DNA from: Octopus sinensis
Taxonomy: Eukaryota
Direction of reading: 5' to 3'
NCBI RefSeq assembly: GCF_006345805.1
Contig: NC_043001.1
Span: forward strand, 11,594,001-11,658,000
DNA: 64,000 nt
The notes beneath the pieces are model-generated. The model worked only from the letters and a program-made list of their open reading frames with translations, ran no database searches and was not told where the DNA came from. Positions 52,391 to 64,000 of this stretch are shown here, in pieces. The first letter of the stretch is position 1; every line of letters begins with the position of its first letter. Made by a program: the position numbers and the translations under genes.

Positions 52391-52534
52391 AATGTATGAT
52401 TGCATGTGTGCATGCATGTATGTAAATACGTACGTACGTATGTATGTATTGATGTATGCTTTTGCAGATTTGTATGGTTTATGTATTCTCATGCATATAG
52501 TTGTATATGTTCACAGCCATAACTGTCAAGTATG

Positions 52535-52760
52535 TTCTCAGGATCAGTACCTGTTCTTCCTGTGCTCACGAGCACAGACTGCATGAAACTGCCGCCATTG
52601 CCTTCTGTTGGTTTCTGTTTTCTCAACTTCAGGTCAAGTGATTTTGACCTCTCTTCTATCCGGTATGCAGGTTCTGCACCACATCGCTTTATACTTCGTC
52701 CTTTCCCGATATTATTTTACAGGTTGAGATTGCTGGTCCAACGTCATTTTCCCTCTTTTT
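52535..52760 (-). pseudogene. RTE-clade LINE C-terminal remnant
   Basis: ..MWCRT..EVKIT*PEVEKTETNRRQWRQFHAVCAREH resembles the RTE terminal W-RT..W.E.EK..R..WR..CA..H pattern. Confidence 0.5.
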
Positions 52761-53995
52761 TCCGGATTTAGGAAAAATATGTCGCGATGTAATTACGAAG
52801 ACCGAATTCCGGTATGGCTTAGAACCATTCACAATATTATCCTTCGAGTCCTTTTCAGACGTGAAAGGTGCTTCGAGTCTATTTTATACATGAAGTAAAT
52901 CTGATTGCTACTTCTAGCACCACGAACGTATGCTTGAAGGCTCTTTCGTTGGCTCCATATAAATAGTAAGATTGTGAATACAAGAATCAATTTTTAAAAT
53001 TGTATAATTAAGTGAGGAATGAGATTGCCATATTACAATGAAGAGAAACAAGAATAAAAAGAAGAAAACCATTTTGCAAATAGACAGTCCTGATTTTAAT
53101 TTAGATTTTATGGATATTCTATAAAAGAAAATATTCAATAAGTTTCAAAACAATTTCTTCAATCAATGAAAGAATTTCTTTTCATCATAAGCTTACACAA
53201 AGAAAAATATCGCGATACGCAGATATATATTCACGCCTATACATGTATATGTTTATACATATACCATACACACACACACGTTATATATATAAACATACAT
53301 ACTGCCTCCCACATTATTAGGAAAATCAATCTTCTCTCGATAAATAAATGTACATTTGTTCAGAACCAGTTGTTTTTCTCACTGGTTGTTGACAATACAT
53401 TCTGTCAACATAAACCGGATCTGCGCAGACGCCAATAAATGGCGGCCATTTTTGTGATTGGGCAACATTTTCATCCTCACAGATTATTAGGCAGGTATAA
53501 TGATAATGATAATTACCGTCAGAACAAAAGTTTATTTAATTCAATAGTAAAGGTTTAACAAACAAATCGGGGCCTATGTGATAATAAAGGAATTTTTTAG
53601 AAATTTCTGTCGTCTTACTTCGAGACGCGTGCTTATTGTGATGAATTATATGGTTATTGACGATTTGTCTATTATCGGCATATTTGGCATTAGAATTTTT
53701 TCATTTGCCCTTCTTTATAAGTTGTTTATAAATTTAACCGTTAAAAGTATTTTTTTATATGCTTGCCATTGATAAAATTATTTTCGAAAAATTTTATCTT
53801 ATATTAATGTAAACTTAATAGTGTTCAGTCCGAACTCTCTTACTCTATGAGAGTTTTCAGTCCGATCGCACGTGTCTCGAAATGTGCTGGAGAATTTCTA
53901 TTTTGGATATATTTGGGGTACTTAAGTGTACTCATGACTAAGTGGTTGCTTCTTACATGGGTATAGGTAAGTATTTCATTTATTTTTTACCATAT

Positions 53996-54056
53996 TTATC
54001 ACTGACGAGGAGAAAATTCTTATAAATTAACTCTGAAATCGGGGTCGATATGATAA
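53996..54056 (+). ncRNA. Type I hammerhead ribozyme (array copy 1)
   Basis: TTATCA-CTGACGA-GGAG(18 nt)CTCT-GAAA-TCG(GGGT)CGA-TA|TGATAA; all core nucleotides present; AUA site after 54050. Confidence 0.85.
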
Positions 54057-54467
54057 CAACGGGATTTTTTAGTAATATCTGTCGGTTTACTTCAGACGCG
54101 TGCTTATAGTGATGAATTATATGGTTATTGACGATTTGTCTATTTTCGGCATATTTGGCATTAGAATTTTTTCATTTGCCCTTCTTTATAAGTTGTTTAT
54201 AAATTTAACCGTTAAAAGTATTTTTTTATATGCTTGCCATTGATAAAATTATTTTCGAAAAATTTTATCTTATATTAAATGTAAACTTAATAGTGTTCAG
54301 TCCGAACTCTCTTACTCTATGAGAGTTTTCAGTCCGATCGCACGTGTCTCGAAATGTGCTGGAGAATTTCTATTTTGGATATATTTGGGGTACTTAAGTG
54401 TACTCATGACTAAGTGGTTGCTTCTTACATGGGTATAGGTAAGTATTTCATTTATTTTTTACCATAT

Positions 54468-54528
54468 TTATCACTGACGAGGAGAAAATTCTTATAAATT
54501 AACTCTGAAATCGGGGTCGATATGATAA
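54468..54528 (+). ncRNA. Type I hammerhead ribozyme (array copy 2)
   Basis: Identical to copy 1; site after 54522. Confidence 0.85.
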
Positions 54529-55292
54529 CAACGGGATTTTTTAGTAATATCTGTCGGTTTACTTCCAGACGCGTGCTTATAGTGATGAATTATATGGTTA
54601 TTGACGATTTGTCTATTTTCGGCATATTTGGCATTAGAATTTTTCTTTTGCCCTGGTTTATAATTGTATATATATATATATATATATATGTTTGTGTGTG
54701 TGTGTAAGTGTGTGTGTCCTTGTGTGTATTTATAGTGAAGGATATGTGGAAATTGACGATTTAAAGGTCTGTTATCAGCATATTGGCATGGAAATAATTT
54801 TTCTTTTGCCCTTGTTTATAAGTTGTTTATAATTTTAACCTATAAAGTATTTTAATATGCTGCCACTTTTTGATGAAGTTATTTTATAGCAATTAATTTA
54901 ATACAAACAAAAATACTAAACGAACATAAAATGACAAAATATGCATAAAAAGTGCTTACTCATGTCTCAATCCGGTAACGAGATAAAAGGTGCTTCAGAT
55001 CCGCAAGATCTGAATCATGTTAAGGGTTCTAGATGTAAAGATGGCCTAATTTAGCCATATATCTTCAGGGCTACATATTTGAAAAAAGCTAGTGCTTGCA
55101 TATTAAAATTAAATAGTGCGATTTTAGTTAATTGAATGAAGCTAGAAAAATATTAAATGATTTACTATATATAATATAAATTATATATGAGTTATAAAAT
55201 ATTCTAAAGTAATGGCTAAGAAACATTTGGCTATATTGAATACGTAGATAATTCTAGAGTAAGTATTTAATTATAGTTCTCACATGAACTAC

Positions 55293-55354
<62 letters not shown>

Positions 55355-55736
55355 GTGGCTGTGTGGTAAGTAGCTTGCTAACCAACCACAGGGTTCCGGG
55401 TTCAGTCCCACTGCGTGGCATCTTGGGCAAGTGTCTTCTACTATAGCCTCGGGCCGACCAAAGCCTTGTGAGTGGATTTGGTAGACGGAAACTGAAAGAA
55501 GTCTGTCGTATATATGTATATATATATATATATATAATATATATATATATTATATAATTAGGGCTTAGTAAAATAAATTACTTTGCCACATACTGAACTT
55601 AGTAGAAATAGCAGCCCAAAAATTTTTCTTAGCATTTCTACTACTTAAAGAAAATTTCTCTGAGATAATGTTTACTCCAGACAGCTCACGAAGGTTTGGG
55701 GGTAAATACAGAAAAATATCACAAGTACATAGATCG

Positions 55737-55799
55737 TTTGAGTACGTCAACGTTTCAAGATTAGCCAAATAAAATCAGCATTTCTTTCGTCAGCTCAAA
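55737..55799 (-). ncRNA. Type I hammerhead ribozyme (left arm, minus strand)
   Basis: Exact reverse complement of 55832-55894. Confidence 0.85.
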
Positions 55800-55831
55800 A
55801 TTTCTTAATTTGGATTAAGAAATTAAGAAAT

Positions 55832-55894
55832 TTTGAGCTGACGAAAGAAATGCTGATTTTATTTGGCTAATCTTGAAACGTTGACGTACTCAAA
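55832..55894 (+). ncRNA. Type I hammerhead ribozyme (right arm)
   Basis: TTTGAG-CTGACGA-AAGA(22 nt)TCTT-GAAA-CG(TTGA)CG-TA|CTCAAA; canonical core, GUA site after 55888. Confidence 0.88.
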
Positions 55895-56459
55895 CGATCT
55901 ATGTACTTGTGATATTTTTCTGTATTTACCTCCAAACCTTCGTGAACTGTCTGGAGTAAACATTATCTGAGAGAAATTTTCTTTAAGTAGTAGAAATGCT
56001 AAGAAAAATTTTTTTGGCTGCTATTTCTACTAAGTTCAGTATGTGGCAAACTAATTTATTTTACTAAGCCCTAATTATATAATGTAATATTTTGAATTCG
56101 CCTTAAATGGTCCTTTTACATACTGAACACTTGGTGAAATTGATTAATTAATTAATTTTACCCTCAATTGTTGATATATATATATATATATATATATGTG
56201 TGTATGTATGTGTGTGTATATGTTTGTGTGTCTGTGTTTGTCCCTCTAGCATTGCTTGACAACCGATGCTGGTTTACGTCCCCGTCACATAGCGGTTCGG
56301 CAAAAGAGACCGATAGAATAAGTACTGGGCTTACAAAGAATAAGTCCCGGGGCCGATTTGCTGGACTAAAGGCGGTGCTCCAGAATGGCCGCAGTCAAAT
56401 GACTGAAACAAATAAAAAGAATAAAAAAAAGTGTATATATATATATATTATATATATAT

Positions 56460-57012
56460 ATAAACTTAGATAAACTTAGATATGTTTCGACCAAAGATTG
56501 GTCCAGGCCATGTCTAACTTAATAGCACCACCTGATAGGATTATCTAAATCCTGTTTAAGTCAAGTTTTGTTTATGGTCCCTTTAAGTAGTGAGTTCTTG
56601 TTGGGTGAGTTATATCTAATTATGTGTCACTTATCCGGTATTCCTTGAAGAAACCTGTCCAGACTCCGTTTAAAGGCGATGGGATCCTTTCCCCTTTGAT
56701 CTCTTTCGGGACGATGTTAAACAGGGTAGGGCCTGTTGAAGAAAAGAAATTATGTTGCAGTGTACCTATATGCTGTGATCCTGAATTGGGCAAGGGACGT
56801 ATGGCCCGTGGTCCCAGCCTTGGATGAATCTTGAAGCTAATGTTCAGGTCGTTCGGGCAAAGTTGGTGGTATATTCTCCACATCTTGCAAATGATGTACC
56901 GCACGCGGCGGAGCTGGAGAAAGTAGAGTTTCAAGGCTTTAAGGCGGTCTCAATAATTGAGAGCAGCCATGCCTTCAATTCGTTTAGTGAGTGCCCTCTG
57001 GGGTGATTCAAT
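56460..57012 (-). mobile_element. 5'-truncated LINE (CR1/L2-like) 3' end
   Basis: IESPQRALTKRIEGM..RLKALKLYFLQLRRVRY..HNFFSSTGPTLFNIVPKEI; 3' UTR ends in (TCTAAGTTTA)2; bounded by (TA)n. Confidence 0.8.
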
Positions 57013-57055
57013 CCTCATATATATATACTTTGTGTGCGTTTGTGTGTGTGTGTGT

Positions 57056-57125
<70 letters not shown>

Positions 57126-57267
57126 TGTGTGTACATTACAAACTGAACGTGAAAACAGATTCTAGTCGAAAATTTGTCATTTAATTGGACTGTTTATTCT
57201 TGATCTCCAAACCATTTCTTGGTTAAGTCGCCCTCAGAGAAACAGATTTTTTCATAAATTATTGATA

Positions 57268-57690
57268 GGCGCAGGAGTGGCTGTGTGGTAAGTTGCTTGC
57301 TAACCAACCACATGGTTCCGGGTTCAGTCCCACTGCGTGGCATCTTGTACAAGTGTCTTCTGCTATAGCCCCGGGCCGACTAATGCCTTGTGAGTGGATT
57401 TGGTAGACGGAAACTGAAAGAAGCCTGTCGTATATATGTATATCTATGTATGTATGTGTATGTATATGTTTGTGTGTCTGTGTTTGTCCCTCTAGCATTG
57501 CTTGACAACCGATGCTGGTGTGTTTACGTCCCCGTCACTTAGCGATTCGGCAAAAGAGACCGATAGAATAAGTACTGGGCTTACAAAAATGAATCAGTCC
57601 CGGGGCCGATTTGCTCGACTAAAGGCGGTGCTCCAGCATGGCCGCAGTCAAATGACTGAAACATGTAAAAGAGTAAAAGAGAGTAAAGAG
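57268..57690 (+). mobile_element. SINE family B, full length
   Basis: Consensus match. Confidence 0.9.
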
Positions 57691-58259
57691 TATGTAACAT
57701 ATACGTCTAATGATAATATGTGCCATCGCTTGCTGTGAGTCTGGTTAGTCTTTTGGTGGATTATTCGCATTTCAATATGTAATAATAATGAGATACAATT
57801 TTATCAAAATGTATCTCAATTTATACAACAATAACAACTTCTGCAGATGGCAATCAAAATATTCGACACGTGGTGGCTATCTACAGTTATAACTAAAATT
57901 ACTGGACCTGATTTGTCGTTCTTAAACACAGGCTAACCTTGCGAGTGACTCTAATTAAACTTTAATTTAGGCTACACGTGAACTCTTAGTTAACTTTTGA
58001 AATGTTGTGTCAAATTTATTCATGTCTTGAAATTATCTTCTTTGTTCCTTAAGAAACGCAATGTCAGATGGGTCTTTCATTTCCAAAATTTCTATTCGTG
58101 GAATGTTTAAGAACATTCCTATTCAAATAAATATTTCCTTGAAATAATAATTTGCGGTTGCAATTAATTTTTTCAATACCCGATATTCAAATACGTGGTT
58201 GTTACTAAAAGTTTCTTCAGCTCTACTAAAAAAAATTACAATCTCTCTCTCTCTCTCTT

Positions 58260-58263
58260 TATA

Positions 58264-58344
<81 letters not shown>

Positions 58345-58404
58345 TATATATATATATATATGTGTATATAATATATATATATATACATATATATATATAC
58401 ATAC

Positions 58405-58435
<31 letters not shown>

Positions 58436-58452
58436 ATATATATATGTGTACG

Positions 58453-58492
<40 letters not shown>

Positions 58493-58518
58493 ATATGTAT
58501 ATATATATATATGTTATA

Positions 58519-58549
<31 letters not shown>

Positions 58550-58599
58550 GTATGTGTATATATATGTATATATATATATATATGTATATATAGTATGTG

Positions 58600-58674
<75 letters not shown>

Positions 58675-58683
58675 CATACATAC

Positions 58684-58730
<47 letters not shown>
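58260..58730. repeat. (TA)n/(TG)n microsatellite field
   Basis: Direct reading. Confidence 0.95.
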
Positions 58731-58732
<2 letters not shown>

Positions 58733-59185
58733 TGTTCACCAAAATATATACTTTTCATTTTGTATAATCATGAATCGCAGAAGAGGAGTGGTTCATGTTA
58801 TTTCCGCTGTTGTACAAATGATAATAGCTGTAACTATAGCGCGCAATAATTTTCCGTCATTATTAACAACGAATCATACAGAATCTCAGTTGGATCATTA
58901 TCTTCGACTATTGGAAAGAGAATAACATAGAAGCACAGTATTAGCAGGTCAACAAGTCTTAGTCGAGTGTCTTGGTCGTGTGGAGTTGCAGGCATTTCAT
59001 TTGACTTCCAAATTGATGAGACGTAAACAAATACTGCATGATGTTTTACACAGAACGAAATTGAAAATCTTTTAAATCGCCATTCAAAAGTACAATTTGA
59101 TAATGGAAACGAATGAGAAATGGTTTTTAATTGTACTCATTCTCCTAATTACATTATTTTAATTTCATTTAATAATCAGTTAAAA

Positions 59186-59590
59186 TTCCTGAGTGGCTGC
59201 ATGGTAAGTAGCTTGCTTACGAACCACATGGTTCTGGGTTCAGCCCCACTTCGTGGCAGCTTGGTCGAATGTCTTCTAATATAGCCTCGGGCTGACCAAA
59301 GCCTTGTGATTGGATTTGGTTGACGGAAACTGAAAGAAGCCCGTCGTATACATGAATAAATATATATATATATATATGTGTGTGTGTTTGTGTGTCTGTC
59401 TCCCCAACATCGCTTGACAACCGATGCTGGTGTGTTTACGCCACCGTAACTTAGTGGTTCGGCAAAAGAGACCAATAGAATGAGTACTAGGCTTACAAAG
59501 AAAACGTCCTGGGCTCGATTTGATCGAATAAAGGCGGTGCTCTAGCATGGCCACAGTCAAATGACTGAAAAAAGTAATAGAGTAAAAGAC
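59186..59590 (+). mobile_element. SINE family B, diverged
   Basis: Head, CORE-like block and tail present. Confidence 0.85.
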
Positions 59591-60502
59591 TAAAGCAGCA
59601 TTTACGTTTGAACCACTGTCCTACACTCTGTACACTGGAGTTGTCCGTCAATGACATAAACTATTCTTAAACATATATCAGTTGGAATGATTCTATATTT
59701 CTTTTTTAAAAAAAAATCAATGAATAAGGATATATCGATCTAGGATAATTGTTTGTAGAGGTGTGTGTTCCGGAAATAGAAAATTTAGCTGACTACCACG
59801 AGCAAAAAATACAATCATATGATATCTGACGTGACTTAAATACGACAAAGCTATTATATTATTCAAATAAACAGATATGCACAGAAAGATTTTTAAATTA
59901 CTTATTAATACACAAAAATCAAGAAGAGGAACCTTTCCAAACAAAATTGTATTTTTAGATAAAAATATGTTTTAAATCTTCTTGTTATTTTCACATTACC
60001 AAATTATACATTTTAACGTTTTTTTTTTTGTTTATTTTTTTTGTATTTTTTCCTAGTTGCATATATTTATCCCATTATTCATACTACTCAGCTCGGATAT
60101 ATTGGCAACGTAAGGAAAATAGATATATCAGATATTTCCCTTTTTTTTTGTCTTTGTCGACAAGGGTTTCTATTTTAAGAATATGTTAGTATGATATATT
60201 TCAAAAAGCATTCATGCCTTTGGAGCAGTAGCGAGATGCGATCTCTCCCTCAAATTAACCATTGGATACTTACGCAGAGGCAAACACACCGCACAAGTAA
60301 CAGACAAGTACAGAACACCAAGAAACACGTAATTAGGTATACTCAAGAATAAAGATTGATGGGCCTTATCGGTGAATATAAAAGTTACAATTATTAACGA
60401 TTCAAAAATATTGTTACAGTGAAACGTATGTAGAATCTCTTTTTGGATATTTTGTGTTGTTTTGTTGATGCGCTTCCTTTTATGAGACTGTTTATACATA
60501 CA

Positions 60503-60538
<36 letters not shown>

Positions 60539-60592
60539 TATACATACATACATAGATATATACATATATATACATATATATATATACAATAT

Positions 60593-60717
<125 letters not shown>

Positions 60718-60833
60718 TGCAGATCTTCCTATCAATATATTTGCTTAAACGAAGTTGGCATCAAAATTGTTTTTAACAATCACTTACGGGGATATTGCTT
60801 CCTCAAATTCTGAATGACATGACTATGTTGTTG

Positions 60834-60881
<48 letters not shown>

Positions 60882-60882
60882 A

Positions 60883-61098
60883 AAGTAATCCCTCGTTATA
60901 TCGCGGTTCACCTATCGCGGTTTATTATATAATCTTACGTCGTTTCCCCATAGTGTTGTATTCCATTTATAATAAAATAAATATATACAAATTTTAAAAA
61001 TAAAATTAATAAAAGTACAATACTGCTTCTACTTCGCGGATTCTTACCAATCGCGGGTTGGTTTTGGAACGTAACACGCAAAAGTCGAGGGATTCCTG
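60883..61098. mobile_element. pogo/Tigger-like MITE
   Basis: TIRs (C/A)AGTAATCCCTCG and CGAGGGATTCCTG, TA on both sides, internal CGCGG repeats. Confidence 0.7.
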
Positions 61099-61369
61099 TA
61101 TATATATATATCAAGAACAAAATTTTTTATATATAAATGCAGCCTTGTTTGGAAAATTGCTACTCTTCACTCACGCAGAGGAGTGAGTGTATTTGTGTAT
61201 GTCTGTGTTTGTGTATGTGTGTGTGCGTATGTAGATATATATGTAGAGAGGGAGGTAGGTAGGTAGGTAGGTAGGTAGGTATGTAGGCGAGTGGACAAAG
61301 GGATTGTTAAGTAAATAGATAGGCTGAGAAATAATGGATATTTGGAGAGGTTGGCACTCACACAAAGAT

Positions 61370-61419
61370 AGACAGACAGACAGATAGACAGACAGATAGA
61401 CATACAGACAGACAGACAG

Positions 61420-61454
<35 letters not shown>

Positions 61455-61510
61455 GATATATAGATAGATAGACAGACAGATAGATATATAGATAGACAGA
61501 TAAATAGATA

Positions 61511-61590
<80 letters not shown>
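61370..61590. repeat. (GACA)n/(GATA)n microsatellite
   Basis: Direct reading. Confidence 0.95.
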
Positions 61591-61593
<3 letters not shown>

Positions 61594-61631
61594 TGAAGAT
61601 CATGTATATATATATATATATATATATATAT

Positions 61632-61748
61632 CACCGTGATCACCGTGACCGACCAGGCTATCAGATGTTGTTACACATCGCTTGTCACAATGCACTTCGT
61701 ATTGTTTTAGCCTTGAAATGACGCCACCCCGCTGGCTAAGCAAGTAGG

Positions 61749-61752
<4 letters not shown>
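61632..61752 (-). mobile_element. Isolated SINE C3 tail
   Basis: Matches 19368-19468 and 50181-50290; ends (TCACGGTGA)2. Confidence 0.75.
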
Positions 61753-61802
<50 letters not shown>

Positions 61803-61814
61803 CATGAATGTTTT

Positions 61815-62240
61815 TTTGTGTGTGTGTGTGTCTGAGTTTGTCTCCCCCCTAACATCGCTTGACAACCGATTCTTGTGTGTTTACGTCCCCGTAACTTAGC
61901 GGTTCAGCAAAAGTGACCCACAGAATAAGTACTAGGCTTACAAAGAATACGACTCTATGTCGATTTGATCTACCAAAGACTGTGCTCCAGCATGGCTGCA
62001 ATCAAATGACTGAAACACTTAAAAGAAGGAAAATATATATTCTTTTATTTGTTTTAGCCATTTGACTGTGGCCACGCTGGAGCACTGTCTTTCGTCAAGA
62101 AAATCGACACCCGAAATTATTTATTGTAAGTGTAATCCTTATTCTATCATTCTTATTTGCCGAACAGCTAAGTTACGGGACCGTAAACACACCGACATCG
62201 GTTGTCAAGCGGAGTTGGGGACAAACACACAAATACAAAC
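61815..62240. mobile_element. Two SINE B 3' halves tail-to-tail (61815-62030 plus, 62041-62240 minus); a further degenerate half at 62505-62710
   Basis: Diverged 3' modules in opposite orientation, ~10-15 bp apart. Confidence 0.75.
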
Positions 62241-62246
62241 ACAAAT

Positions 62247-62296
<50 letters not shown>

Positions 62297-62330
62297 TGTT
62301 GTGTATATATATATATGCATATATATATGC

Positions 62331-62377
<47 letters not shown>

Positions 62378-62452
62378 TGTATATATATGCATGTATGTAT
62401 ATATATATATATATATATAAATATATTTATATGCATGTATGTATATATATTA

Positions 62453-62505
<53 letters not shown>

Positions 62506-64000
62506 CTTGCTTGTTTCACACATTAGACTGCGGCCATGCTGGGGCATCACTTGAAGAATACTTAGACAATTTACTCAACCTCCGTACTTATTTTTAAAGC
62601 CTGGTACTTAACCTATTGGCTTCTTTTGCCGAACCTGCAAGTTACGGGGACCTACCATACCAGCGCTGGTTATCAAGCGCTGGTGGAAGACAAACACAGA
62701 CACAACTACACATACGCACACACATAATGCGACGCATTCTGATTGAATTTTCTATGCATTAACATGTGCCCCCTTACGACAATGTAAACTTTAATTTAAT
62801 CAAGATATCCTTGGCCTGAAAAGTAGCCTGCTCTATGCCCCTTGCTTGGATATTTACCAATTCTGAGGTTCTGCTCGGTATGAAACATATGTAGCTGGAT
62901 TCTTATCTACTCCATTCCGTAACTCTTCTTTATATATAAACATATATAAACAAGACTTGTAAAATGATAGAGAATTCCATGCGAGACCAAATAGTCGTAT
63001 ATCTTCGCAGAATGAGCTTCATACAAAATTTAAATTTATATTGAATTCGTAAGATTGTTTTTCAAATCATCCGAGATTTTCCTTTCTTTTATACTGAATT
63101 AATATCGGTTATCTGTTTATGGAAATGAAGTGGCCTATCATTGACTTACGTAGATTCTATTTTCAAAGATTTAAGCGTATCAGAGTCAAATCTTATCAAC
63201 AGATAGAATACAAATCCGCCCACAGTAAATATAAATGTTTGTTTTTCTCTGCTGAATTTAGATTAGCGGATAAGACTGCAATAGCAGACAATCTTCGAAT
63301 GATAATGAGAGTGTAGATATATAAGCAGTACCTGACGAGCTTACGTAAGCATTCTACGCATTTTATATAATGAACAGTAATATATAAGTTTAATGTAACT
63401 TAAATAAAAGATTCTCTGAATATATAGACTTCTGTATGAAATGAATGCAGTTTATTTTATATAAACTGTGACCTTCATGTGAAAGTTCATCTTGGAACAT
63501 ATCTCCTTTATTTTATTATTGAAGATGCTTTCAGCAAAAACCGGTTTCTTAGCTGTAAACAGAAAAAAGCACTTCTTAATGTAACACATAATTGCAGCGC
63601 CGGTCTACATCAAACCCTTCTTGATATCTGAAGTACCATCCTATGTAACTTTTCCTGAGGCCGTGTAAAACATTTTAGTGGATGCAATAATATCAATTAA
63701 TCAACTGTTTACTCGATCGCTAGAAATAGCCGGCAAAATATCACTTCAGATCTCACCTCTGCCATGCTATGAGACTGAATGATATATTTGATAATTAATA
63801 TGATAAAACTTGAATGCGGACGGTGTTCTTCTGATTCGGAAAGACTTATATTCCGTAGTAAAATAAATAAAAAGAGTACTGAGAACTTGTTGTAGGGAGT
63901 GGAATATTTAACGATTCAGATACAGTCTTTCGTCCTTTTTTCTGGGAAAATACAAGAAAAAGAGAGAGATTAATGGGAGCTAGCAAACATATATGAAATT

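Larger units (their letters stand above)
53563..54900 (+). repeat. 472-bp head-to-tail array (2 full units, 1 partial, 1 degenerate partial) carrying hammerhead ribozymes; retrozyme / non-autonomous PLE-like
   Basis: CTGACGA at 54002 and 54474 (period 472); no long ORF; third unit ends in (TA)n at ~54667. Confidence 0.88.
55549..56083. repeat. 535-bp palindrome (~263-bp arms, ~8-nt spacer, about 5-6 differences)
   Basis: Arms 55549-55811 and 55820-56083 read as reverse complements. Confidence 0.95.
55333..56420 (+). mobile_element. SINE family B split at its (TA)n by a ~625-bp palindromic insertion
   Basis: 5' half at 55333-55510 and 3' half at ~56175-56420. Confidence 0.88.

Noticed and set aside
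53840-53890. Second HHR-like motif in the 472-bp unit (CTATGA-GAG..CTC-GAAA)
   Set aside because: Core lacks G5 and no stem III or cleavage triplet can be folded; at most a relic.
58790-59100. Possible hAT/Buster remnant (FDFQIDET resembling FxxQLDE)
   Set aside because: Single weak motif with many stops.
63330-63350. CTGACGA-GCTT(ACGT)AAGC hammerhead-like half
   Set aside because: Followed by ATTC instead of GAAA, with no stems I or III.

Overview
AT-rich, microsatellite-dense animal genomic DNA with no convincing host protein-coding exon, so intergenic or deep intronic. The SINE repertoire looks like an octopus (coleoid cephalopod) genome; this is an inference. The window is a mosaic of three tRNA-headed SINE families (here called A, B and C, about 40 copies), Tc1/mariner and pogo-type remnants, Helitron remnants and non-autonomous Helitrons, LINE fragments and Penelope-like element (PLE) pieces. 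The hidden signal is RNA-level. At least six unrelated type I hammerhead ribozyme (HHR) motif families sit in short non-coding, mostly (TA)n-bounded, PLE-type terminal repeats. They include (i) an ORF-less 472-bp head-to-tail array with a complete HHR in each full unit, which is retrozyme-like and predicts a 472-nt self-processed, possibly circular RNA; (ii) a 535-bp palindrome with one intact HHR on each strand; (iii) two independent U3-A8 compensatory core variants; and (iv) a minimal HHR family with a fixed A6U core change. All folds were done by eye. Family labels are local names, and no database search or activity test was possible.
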